Shown here piece by piece: positions 30,289-38,544 of a stretch of DNA of 51,369 nucleotides; within the stretch, counting starts at the first letter, position 1; each line of letters starts with the position of its first letter. Location: the IMG/VR virus record IMGVR_UViG_3300006164_000012, positions 1 through 51,369 of that record. One strand, 5' to 3'. This DNA is from a virus (Duplodnaviria > Caudoviricetes). A program made the position numbers and the translations under genes. The notes below the pieces were generated by a model, which worked only from the letters and a program-made list of their open reading frames with translations, made no database searches and had not been told where the DNA came from.

Positions 30289-31124
30289 TGGTACTTGTAT
30301 CTGGACCACCGTTTGATAACTATCCACACAATGTGCCGGATGGGACTAAATCCATTAAATATAACGGTAAAGGTATCTCCAATAGATTTACGATTAAAAA
30401 GCAACTCTTCGAAAGAGAAAATAAAAATTTTAGAAGCTTAGAATTCTACCGAGCCACTTCCAAGGAACTACTCGGTTTACTAAGCACAGGACAAATACTA
30501 GGCGCGGATAATAAAATCGCACAGGTACCAGCATTCTACGCTAATTACGAAAGAGCTATTGCGATGTTATTCAAAACGAGAAACTTAACATTACCTTTAA
30601 TGACGTTAGCTATTAGCGATACAAAAGAGGATGTAGAACGTAGACGCCCTGATTTCGATATAGAGTACTGGACCGTACATAACAAAGAAACTCGAAGACA
30701 TACACGAGTGGCTTCTCTTTCCCCCAAAGCAGTAAAAATATCATACACCTTAAACCTATGGACAAGGTACGTGGAAGATATGAATCAATTGTTAGAGTAT
30801 GTATTACAATTATTCCGACCGCATTTAAGAGTGGAAACTGATTTCATGACGAACGCGTGTGCATTTATCACCGCGGTCTCTGATAACTCTACGTTAAGTG
30901 TTTCTGATAAACAAGATAGAGTCATCAGAAAAACTGTCACTTTTGAAGTTGAAACTTATATGCCTGCTAGACAATACCAAATCCAGTCTAACGGAGACAT
31001 CGTTGCTATGAAGTATGAGTTCGCTATAGAGCCTGAAGGAACCCTTAATCTCCCCAACCTAAACCCAGCAGCTTCAGAGACGGCAACCTTGTACCCTACC
31101 TCCTCCACCCCTGACGCAACATAA
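30288..31124 (+). CDS. Tail terminator / sheath stabiliser, gp15-like
   Basis: LTLPLMTL, PKAVKISYTLNLWTRYVEDMNQLLE.VL..F.P and DRVIRKTVTFEVETY. Confidence 0.7.
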   Translation: MVLVSGPPFDNYPHNVPDGTKSIKYNGKGISNRFTIKKQLFERENKNFRSLEFYRATSKELLGLLSTGQILGADNKIAQVPAFYANYERAIAMLFKTRNLTLPLMTLAISDTKEDVERRRPDFDIEYWTVHNKETRRHTRVASLSPKAVKISYTLNLWTRYVEDMNQLLEYVLQLFRPHLRVETDFMTNACAFITAVSDNSTLSVSDKQDRVIRKTVTFEVETYMPARQYQIQSNGDIVAMKYEFAIEPEGTLNLPNLNPAASETATLYPTSSTPDAT

Positions 31125-31160
31125 ATAAATTAATTAGAGCATTTTCCTTTGAGTATCTCT

Positions 31161-31167
31161 CTAAATA
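31161..31167 (+). promoter_or_regulatory. Putative late promoter element CTAAATA
   Basis: Intergenic, before the small ORF and sheath gene. Confidence 0.5.
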
Positions 31168-31188
31168 CTATAGGAAGAGGAATTTATT

Positions 31189-31371
31189 ATGACTTCAAAA
31201 ACAGCAACAATTATCAACGTAGCATCTCAAGATTTAGAGATTGTACTTAAGTCAGGGCGTCAGTTCGAACACATCTGTTTACGAGCAGGCGAAAATATTT
31301 CTGTCCCAAGGAAATCCATCACTGATTTGTGCTTGGAACTTCAACGGAGACAGCTTCTTCAAATCCTCTAA
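31189..31371 (+). CDS. Small hypothetical protein upstream of the sheath
   Basis: 60-aa ORF filling the gap, preceded by CTAAATA and a purine-rich AGGAAGAGG. Confidence 0.55.
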   Translation: MTSKTATIINVASQDLEIVLKSGRQFEHICLRAGENISVPRKSITDLCLELQRRQLLQIL

Positions 31372-31386
31372 AAATAAAACTTAATT

Positions 31387-33756
31387 ATGGCTAATTTCAT
31401 TTCCCCAGGTGTATACACAATAGAAAAGGACGTATCTGATTACGCTCCAACCGTAAGCCCTTCTATTGTAGGTCTTGTAGGATTCGCGTCCCAAGGTCCA
31501 ACTGACACCGCAACACTTTTAACATCCCCAGCAAACTTACTTCGTACCTTTGGTACACCTGACTTGGTAACTGGAGGTCAAGGCATTTACGGTGCTTTAG
31601 AAATCCTACAAAAAACAAATCAAGTTTATTTTGTTCGCGCGGCTACAACCAACGCTTCAACAGCTAAAGGTTCTGGTAAGTTAGCTGTATGCCCCAACAC
31701 GCGAGTTGCTGTTGATAAGATGAACCATAACTTAGTTTATCGTTTTGACACACGTACATTTGATGCTCTTGGCGCGCAGTATGGCGAAACATCTCAAACC
31801 TATGCATACCGGGAACGTCCTTACGTCTCAGGTACTCAAGATAACTTTATGCCAACTACTCCAGCCGCTGATTGGAGCGATACTGACTGGAACAATGCGA
31901 TTGCAGCTGGCGTGGGCGATGTATTCGATGCCCAGAAAGGAAATGTTGGTTATATACCAAGTGGTGCTGGTGGAACTAGTGGATTACTTACCGCAAGACT
32001 TCCAGGGGCTACTACAACAACCACCTCACGCCTAGAAACTACAATATACTACTCCTCCGGCGTATCAGCCGCAGGTTCTTATGAAGGGACTTACCTTTCA
32101 GCCACACCCATCGATGTTACAGATTTAACATTTTACAAGGCTGCAGATGCGAAAGTCAGCATTGCTACCGATATAGGTGTCGCAGCATTTGACGTACTTC
32201 AGGCACCAAGTGGTACTAATGATGTGTATTTAACTGCCTCCTCCGTACTTACAGGAGCTAATGACTTGGCTTCTAGTGGTGTAACGTTCCTGCCAAAGAA
32301 TGCAGCGGGCGCGTATCTAATCGAATCCCTTCACACGGGTCTAGGTTATAACTACTCCGCTATTAACTACCAAGGCGGACTTCAGTACCGTGGACTGCAG
32401 GCAAGTATTAATAACTTTGTTGATGGAACCTTTGCACTGAATATCGCTGAAAACGGTGGTACAGAAGAAACCTACACAATGCAAATGACCAAACCTACAA
32501 GTACGGTAAATGCAATCAGCCTCTACCCAGAAGCGGTTCTTAATAAAGGTAACGATAACGCAGTATCCCACTACGTCAAAGGAAACTTTTACAAGTTCAA
32601 TGATGCGACATTCCCTGTGTCAGGTACAGTGTCTGCCACAACAGCTTGGACAGCGCCAACATCTTGGGGTGGGAACTTTAACTTCGGTACAATAGCTGTT
32701 AACAATCAAATTTCCCTTTTACAGGGAGGTAATGCTACAATCCCCGAAGTGTTTAATGTCGGAAGTACAAAAACGAACTTCCGCGCTGTAACTTTAACTG
32801 AGGACACGAAAAACTTTTCACAAGGAAATAACGGTGATGCCTCTGACTATGGGGGCAACATGACAAACTCAGCTGTCCGTACTGCTCTTATAGGAAACTC
32901 AGGAAATAAAACTGGTCTTTATGCTCTAGACCAAGAAGACGTTCCAGTGACAATATGTACCGTCCCAGGTGTATCCGACCAAAATGTTCAAAACCAATTA
33001 GTTGCCTTAGCTGAAACGACTCAAAACTTTCTTGCTGTTGTATCCCCTCCAGTAGGGTTCAGAAGTTCACAACAAGCAATTCAATGGACTAACGGTAAAG
33101 CAACAGGCAGAACTGCTGCTCTCAACAGTAGTTACGGCTGTGTATATTGGCCATGGGTAAAAATGTTTGATTCCTTTACAGGGAGAGACCTTTGGATGGA
33201 CCCATCAATTTTCGCTATTGGGCAAATGTGTTACACTGATGAAGTGGCTGACCCTTGGTTCGCGCCAGCGGGACTACGCCGTGGTCGTCTAACTAAGCCA
33301 GTTGATGTTGAGGTAAAACTTAACCAAGGCGATAGAGATGCTCTATACGGTCCAGGAAACATTGTAAATCCAATTACCAAATTCACAAGTGACGGAATCG
33401 TAATTTACGGTCAGCGCACAGCTCAACGAGCTGCTACCGCCCTCGACCGCATCAACGTCCGCCGCATGATGATTTTCCTACGCCGTCTAGTATTACAATC
33501 TACACGACGTTTCGTATTCGAGCCTAACGACCCAATTACATGGGAACAGATTCGTAACGTTCTATCACCTGCACTTGGTGATATTCAACAACGTCGTGGA
33601 ATCACAGCCTTTAAGGTTGTCTGCGACGAAAGCACTAACACTCCTATACGTATCGACCGTAACGAACTTTGGTGTAAAATTATTATTAAGCCTACTAAGA
33701 CTGCAGAGATGCTTGTCTTCGAGCTTAACCTCACAAATCAATCAGCTAGTGTTTAA
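31387..33756 (+). CDS. gp18: Tail sheath protein, gp18-like
   Basis: FISPGVYTIEKD at the N-terminus; YWPW, PWFAPAG..RG, RDALY...VNPI, GQRT, RINVRR and FVFEPND. Confidence 0.96.
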   Translation: MANFISPGVYTIEKDVSDYAPTVSPSIVGLVGFASQGPTDTATLLTSPANLLRTFGTPDLVTGGQGIYGALEILQKTNQVYFVRAATTNASTAKGSGKLAVCPNTRVAVDKMNHNLVYRFDTRTFDALGAQYGETSQTYAYRERPYVSGTQDNFMPTTPAADWSDTDWNNAIAAGVGDVFDAQKGNVGYIPSGAGGTSGLLTARLPGATTTTTSRLETTIYYSSGVSAAGSYEGTYLSATPIDVTDLTFYKAADAKVSIATDIGVAAFDVLQAPSGTNDVYLTASSVLTGANDLASSGVTFLPKNAAGAYLIESLHTGLGYNYSAINYQGGLQYRGLQASINNFVDGTFALNIAENGGTEETYTMQMTKPTSTVNAISLYPEAVLNKGNDNAVSHYVKGNFYKFNDATFPVSGTVSATTAWTAPTSWGGNFNFGTIAVNNQISLLQGGNATIPEVFNVGSTKTNFRAVTLTEDTKNFSQGNNGDASDYGGNMTNSAVRTALIGNSGNKTGLYALDQEDVPVTICTVPGVSDQNVQNQLVALAETTQNFLAVVSPPVGFRSSQQAIQWTNGKATGRTAALNSSYGCVYWPWVKMFDSFTGRDLWMDPSIFAIGQMCYTDEVADPWFAPAGLRRGRLTKPVDVEVKLNQGDRDALYGPGNIVNPITKFTSDGIVIYGQRTAQRAATALDRINVRRMMIFLRRLVLQSTRRFVFEPNDPITWEQIRNVLSPALGDIQQRRGITAFKVVCDESTNTPIRIDRNELWCKIIIKPTKTAEMLVFELNLTNQSASV

Positions 33757-33758
33757 CA

Positions 33759-33765
33759 CTATATA
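33759..33765 (+). promoter_or_regulatory. Putative late promoter element CTATATA
   Basis: In the 28-nt gap before the tail tube gene. Confidence 0.45.
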
Positions 33766-33784
33766 GAATAAAGGAAAACTTATT

Positions 33785-34456
33785 ATGGCAGATGGCAAAT
33801 ATTATGTAGACAACGCGGTAAATCTCTTAGCAGATACACCGCGTCTCTCCCACGCTCTCGAATCATTCCGCGCGTACAGCTGGGAGATTCAAATCCCACA
33901 GTTCGCAGGTGTTCTGAGCCAAGTTCCAGGATTGGAAAACAATGACCGGCTAACGCTGGCATGTAAAAAGATTACCCAACCAGGCTTTACTGTTGAAGAT
34001 ATCGAAGTACATCGTGTTAATGAGAAGTTTTACTACCCAGGTAAGCCTACCCCTGATAACATTACAGTTACTTTCGACAACCTCATCAAAGGCGATGTGG
34101 CTGATGCTCTGTTTGCGTGGATGAGAAGTGTGTACGACCCAGTATACGGTATCCATTACGCAGGTCTAGGCAACGGTACAAGTGATGTAAACCAGAGCCC
34201 TGAAGGTTTGGCAGGTATGACCCAAGCACCTATCTTTAAACGCACAGTAACCATCTGGCAGCTAGACGCTCACCGTAACCCAGTTACGCACGTGAACCTC
34301 TATGGCTGTTACCCTAAAGGGTGGAAGCTAGGAGAGTTTAACTACGAGACTAACGATTTCCATACAATTGAGATGGACCTTCGTTACGACTTCGCAGTAC
34401 AGTTCACCGAAACATCGGATATTGACTCAGTCATGTCTCCGATAGCGATGGCTTAA
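33785..34456 (+). CDS. gp19: Tail tube protein, gp19-like
   Basis: Follows the sheath; PGF..E..EV..NEK.YYPGK...DNITVTF, W...VYDP..G, LYGCYP and LRYD. Confidence 0.88.
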   Translation: MADGKYYVDNAVNLLADTPRLSHALESFRAYSWEIQIPQFAGVLSQVPGLENNDRLTLACKKITQPGFTVEDIEVHRVNEKFYYPGKPTPDNITVTFDNLIKGDVADALFAWMRSVYDPVYGIHYAGLGNGTSDVNQSPEGLAGMTQAPIFKRTVTIWQLDAHRNPVTHVNLYGCYPKGWKLGEFNYETNDFHTIEMDLRYDFAVQFTETSDIDSVMSPIAMA

Positions 34457-34479
34457 TAAAGATAAATTAAAATTTTTCA

Positions 34480-34509
34480 AGGCTTCTCTAGTAAATACTA
34501 GGGAAGTCT
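34480..34509 (+). terminator. Stem-loop after the tail tube gene
   Basis: AGGCTTCTCTAGT-AAAT-ACTAGGGAAGTCT forms a 13-bp stem with two G-U pairs, followed by ACTTT. Confidence 0.55.
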
Positions 34510-34522
34510 ACTTTAATATACT

Positions 34523-37069
34523 ATGGACAATTTAACCACCTTCACCGACGCATACCTTAACATAGGGAACACCCTACTGTTGGAGTCTAAGATTGATGAT
34601 AGTAACGTCGCTGCCTGGGCTAAGAACTTTTCTATGTTGGACGAACCAACGCTTCAAAAGATACTAAGTCTTACTTCCGCTAAAGAAGAAGGCGACAGTT
34701 TAAAGATACAAGCAGGCGGGTCACCAGGAATACCCCTTTCTTTAGGGGACCAGGTAGGATATGCCGCCAATACAGCCGCAGGACAAACGGTAGTAACCAC
34801 TAATGGCAACCCCTATATGAATACCGACCAAAACAGTTGGAAATTTCTTATTGATTATGTCCTTAAAAATAAAGACCTTTTAGACGCTGAAGGGGAGGAT
34901 AAGAAGCCAGGCGATGACATTATCGCCCCTACCGAGTTCGACGCAGGCATGGACCCCAATGGTCCCCCCGAGGAAAACGAAAAGCTTCTACGAGCAGAAT
35001 CTGCAAAGATGTGTGAAGAGATGGCGACAGCCTGCGAGAAATTTACTGAGCAGGTAGATGACAACCTAAACCGTAAAAACATACCAGCATCTGCACGGAA
35101 AAATATGGGCTGCGATGAACCCTCATCTACTAATCTGTGTAACCAGATGCTAGGTCTTACCTCTCAAGGTCGTATGTCGAAGGTTGCTATGGAAGGTTGC
35201 ACGACAGCCCAAGAATGTATAGATAACGCTAGAGCTATTATGGAGCAGAGAATCGCTTTATATAAGCTGAGTAATAAGGTACTTACCCCTGACTTTGACC
35301 CTGCGAGTCTTACACCAGAAGAAATCCAGCTTCTTTCCTGCGTTAAAATGAGAGGCACGGGAAATAAGCGAGGCGTCTGGATTTCAGGAGGGAAAGGGTG
35401 TGAAGGAGTTATCGCGGCACTTGCTACGGGGGACGGTCTTACCGGAGATGAAAGGTACGGTATTATGGTGGGAAACCAGAACAGTGCGCTTTGGCGCGCA
35501 ATGAAAGCTGCCCAAGACAAAGGTTATACGGTAGGAGAAGGTGACGAAAAAGAAAATATCATTACCCAAGGTACAGATGAGAGTGGTTTGATAAATTGGT
35601 ATAACGCTACCTTTGGAAGAATAAACGAAAAATTACTCACTTTTGCAATGTGCCTCGCCCATGCACCGAAAGGAGTGTTGACAGGGGAGCAAAAGAAGTG
35701 CGCAGCAGATGCAGTCCGCGAGATTGTCGCCGAGTTAGGGGGGAATATGGGTTTCCAGAAAATGTTCGATATGGTAGGGAAAAAGTTAGATGACCCTGAG
35801 TCTGACTTTGATTACGGTAGCATTGTGGACAAAGGTGCGGAGGCGAAAGCTGAAGAGATGGTTAAGTGGGCACAGGAGAATGGTATCGACCTAGGGGATG
35901 ACGAGGAGAGGGCTCTTAAAATTATAGCTTACCTACTAACACAAGGAGTTAAGAGGTGGGAGGTAGTAGCTTCACGGATGCCCCCAGGCAGTAAAGTACT
36001 TCAAGTAGGTGCTTCGGTAGTAGGTGTTGACCCTTATGGCAACGTAGATAACGCGGATTCTATTGTTAAAATGCCTGGAGGCTCGAAACAGGAAGAGGAA
36101 TTCCTAGATAGTATAACAACCGAGCCGTTATATGCCGTTACAGAGGAGCAGTGCCCTGGACGAGATGATGGGCAAGGTCTCGGCATCACCACAAAAGAAA
36201 ATACAAAAAAACAAAAAGGTAAAATGGCAGCAGGAAGCCGTGGTCTGACGAAGACCCAGTCGGAACAAGCAGGGCTTGCGCGGGATAAGGCGAAGTGTTA
36301 CGCTAACGCGGTTTGCGACAATCACAAAAAGGCAGGAGAGGATTGCGGCTTAGAAGAAGGGTGGGAGGAGAACGAAGCAGAGTACCGTCAAAACCTTGAA
36401 GATAAAGTGGATGAGTCTATAAGTGCTTTAGCCCAAGCAGACCAAAGTACCTTGGAAGCAGACCAAAGAGATAAAACCTCTAGGATGTCCTACGAAGACG
36501 CTCAGAATCAAAAAGAGTTCTGGGACGATGTAAAGGCGTGGAAGGCGGAAAAAGACCCTGGCAAAAAGAAAAATATGGAGTCCCAGTTAAGAAATAGAAT
36601 GACCATAGCAACACAAGCAAGGGACTTCGAAAATGATGTGCCTGGATGCCGTGAAAAGCTGATGATAGATGCTATGTATACAGGAGGCTCTACTAGAGAC
36701 CAAGCCTACGTAGAAACCTCTCCAGGCGAGCCTACACGTATAGCTCGCGAGAGCGATATTATGGGTCCTGCTGCAATGGCGTTTATAACTACACCTAAAG
36801 AAGATATTAGTTTTTCTCAAGGAAGTATTACCCTTAAAGGTATTGGCACCCTCACCCTTCGATTGAAAGGGATGAATGAGGATGGAACTGGGGGAAGTAA
36901 CAAACAGTTCTTTAATGTAGAAAAGTCGTTCGTTCACGGACAGACCCGACCGATAGAGGTAGATGAAAGCGCTGCTGTAGGTAACTCAAGTATGAAAGCC
37001 GAAGACTTCGTTCGGAAGCTCCAAGAACTCTTTCAAGGGATAAATGAAATACTCCCCGTCAAGAACTAA
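34523..37069 (+). CDS. Large hypothetical protein (848 aa, acidic, Cys-rich)
   Basis: Long ORF; no family recognised with confidence; N-terminal LLLES motif. Confidence 0.6.
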   Translation: MDNLTTFTDAYLNIGNTLLLESKIDDSNVAAWAKNFSMLDEPTLQKILSLTSAKEEGDSLKIQAGGSPGIPLSLGDQVGYAANTAAGQTVVTTNGNPYMNTDQNSWKFLIDYVLKNKDLLDAEGEDKKPGDDIIAPTEFDAGMDPNGPPEENEKLLRAESAKMCEEMATACEKFTEQVDDNLNRKNIPASARKNMGCDEPSSTNLCNQMLGLTSQGRMSKVAMEGCTTAQECIDNARAIMEQRIALYKLSNKVLTPDFDPASLTPEEIQLLSCVKMRGTGNKRGVWISGGKGCEGVIAALATGDGLTGDERYGIMVGNQNSALWRAMKAAQDKGYTVGEGDEKENIITQGTDESGLINWYNATFGRINEKLLTFAMCLAHAPKGVLTGEQKKCAADAVREIVAELGGNMGFQKMFDMVGKKLDDPESDFDYGSIVDKGAEAKAEEMVKWAQENGIDLGDDEERALKIIAYLLTQGVKRWEVVASRMPPGSKVLQVGASVVGVDPYGNVDNADSIVKMPGGSKQEEEFLDSITTEPLYAVTEEQCPGRDDGQGLGITTKENTKKQKGKMAAGSRGLTKTQSEQAGLARDKAKCYANAVCDNHKKAGEDCGLEEGWEENEAEYRQNLEDKVDESISALAQADQSTLEADQRDKTSRMSYEDAQNQKEFWDDVKAWKAEKDPGKKKNMESQLRNRMTIATQARDFENDVPGCREKLMIDAMYTGGSTRDQAYVETSPGEPTRIARESDIMGPAAMAFITTPKEDISFSQGSITLKGIGTLTLRLKGMNEDGTGGSNKQFFNVEKSFVHGQTRPIEVDESAAVGNSSMKAEDFVRKLQELFQGINEILPVKN

Positions 37070-37501
37070 CCCGGGTTTTACCTGGTAAGGCTTCCCAACG
37101 ATTACTACAGCCATTCGCCGAGTCTTCTGGTAGATTACCATCCAATCCTTGTTAGCGTGAGAGGCGTCATTCTGAGCCTGTGAGATGAAGGACTTGAAAT
37201 CGCTTTTTCGTTTAAACAAATCATCAAGCTGTACATCGTAACCATTTTTACATTCTATTACAAAAGGGAAAGTAATAGGTGTGATAAGGTCCCCCTGAAT
37301 ACGTAGGTGGTCGGGTAGGTCCTTGTGGGTAGTGGCGAAAGCTCCAGACCCCGGCGTTCTGTTGAACTCCTTGGTATTAAACCGTTCGTTAAGCTGCTTC
37401 GCTATCTTACGCTCGAAGTTGCTTCCTTTGCGCTTACTGTTAACGCGCTTCTTTTTGGAGAAATCTCCAAATTCTAAAATTGAGTCGATATTTTTTGACA
37501 T
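36986..37501 (-). CDS. Holliday junction resolvase, Hjc-like PD-(D/E)XK nuclease
   Basis: NSKRKGSNFER.IA, RTPGSGA, GDLI and FVIECKN motifs. Confidence 0.85.
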   Translation of the reverse strand: MSKNIDSILEFGDFSKKKRVNSKRKGSNFERKIAKQLNERFNTKEFNRTPGSGAFATTHKDLPDHLRIQGDLITPITFPFVIECKNGYDVQLDDLFKRKSDFKSFISQAQNDASHANKDWMVIYQKTRRMAVVIVGKPYQVKPGLVLDGEYFIYPLKEFLELPNEVFGFHT

Positions 37502-37519
37502 GGGATACTATAATATTTT

Positions 37520-37891
37520 ATGAACGCCGATAAGCACAAACTCACATTTGCCGTTAACGGTGAAACTTTTGGTAACTTTAAACTCCGAGATGGAGACCGT
37601 AAAATGAAACTATACATTAAACTGAATAAAGAAGAGACCGCCCAATGGGAGTCTCTAAAACAAGCCCTTACAGGGGGAGACATGTCTAACGACACGCTTG
37701 CCCGAATCCTGTTTTTTAAGGGGATACACACTATCACCCAAGAACTCAACGAGCGTGTAGAAAACATGACCGAAGAGGAAAAGACTGAGATAATGTCTAA
37801 GATGAGTGCAGAACAAGCTGGGGCAGCAATGTCATTAGCAGAAGACGAACTAGGTGGCGATAATGAGAACACTGAAAACGCTACAGACTGA
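37520..37891 (+). CDS. Hypothetical protein, possibly ribbon-helix-helix DNA-binding
   Basis: KLYIKLNKEETAQWESLKQAL..SNDTLARILF gives a strand-helix-helix pattern; acidic tail. Confidence 0.4.
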   Translation: MNADKHKLTFAVNGETFGNFKLRDGDRKMKLYIKLNKEETAQWESLKQALTGGDMSNDTLARILFFKGIHTITQELNERVENMTEEEKTEIMSKMSAEQAGAAMSLAEDELGGDNENTENATD

Positions 37892-38189
37892 TAAGGACCT
37901 AAACGCGGTTTTAAAACGCCGTAGGACTGACAACTTTGTCGTACTTTATCACTCCCTATGGGACGATTGGAGCCAACGGGTGGTGAAGTACGCTGAAGAG
38001 TGGGCGGAGAAAGAAGGTAACGAAACCATTTACTTAGTAAACAGTTGGGACTTACCTCAAGCATTTTCTTCATTTTCCATTACCTCCGCACCTGCGTTGG
38101 TTCACGTCAAGAATAAAAAGGTTAGGGTTGATGTTGAGTATCCGAAGATTTATAATTTCTTCCATGCTAATCCTCCAAGAAAGACTTAA
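37863..38189 (+). CDS. Thioredoxin-fold protein lacking the CxxC motif
   Basis: FVVLYHSLWDDWSQ sits at the WCxxC position; IYLVNS strand; FSITSAPALVHVK cis-Pro loop. Start could be 37854 or 37863. Confidence 0.65.
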   Translation: MRTLKTLQTDKDLNAVLKRRRTDNFVVLYHSLWDDWSQRVVKYAEEWAEKEGNETIYLVNSWDLPQAFSSFSITSAPALVHVKNKKVRVDVEYPKIYNFFHANPPRKT

Positions 38190-38529
38190 TTTTTTTATCA
38201 CGGTACTGCTGAATCTTCTCTCTATATTTTTTATTTTTTGTATAAATTAATTTGAGATTATTAATAATAACCGTGGTAAAATAATTGAAAGCCGAACCCT
38301 TTTCCTTAGTAAAGTTCTTTAATACTTTAAGGCATAGCACGAAACACTCTTGTTTAGCATCCTCATGTTCTACTTTAAATTTGAATGAAATCAAAATACT
38401 AGTAATCAAAAGGTCTAACTGTTTGATAAGCTCATCTTCGTGCTCGCTATGATTACCCAGATAATTAAAGATTGTTTCTTCAAACTTCTTGTTATCTATG
38501 TAATGCTTCTTTTTTTTGCGTGTCGCCAT
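38167..38529 (-). CDS. gp55: Late-transcription sigma factor, gp55-like
   Basis: HYIDNKKF at the N-terminus and EDAKQEC...KNF..EKGSAFNYFTTVI match T4-like gp55 patterns; only 120 aa. Confidence 0.8.
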   Translation of the reverse strand: MATRKKKKHYIDNKKFEETIFNYLGNHSEHEDELIKQLDLLITSILISFKFKVEHEDAKQECFVLCLKVLKNFTKEKGSAFNYFTTVIINNLKLIYTKNKKYREKIQQYRDKKIKSFLED

Positions 38530-38544
38530 AACTCATAATAGACA

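Noticed and set aside
34523-37069. Tape measure protein call based on position after the tube gene
   Set aside because: It lacks Ala/Gly-rich periodic helical repeats or TM segments and is acidic and Cys-rich.
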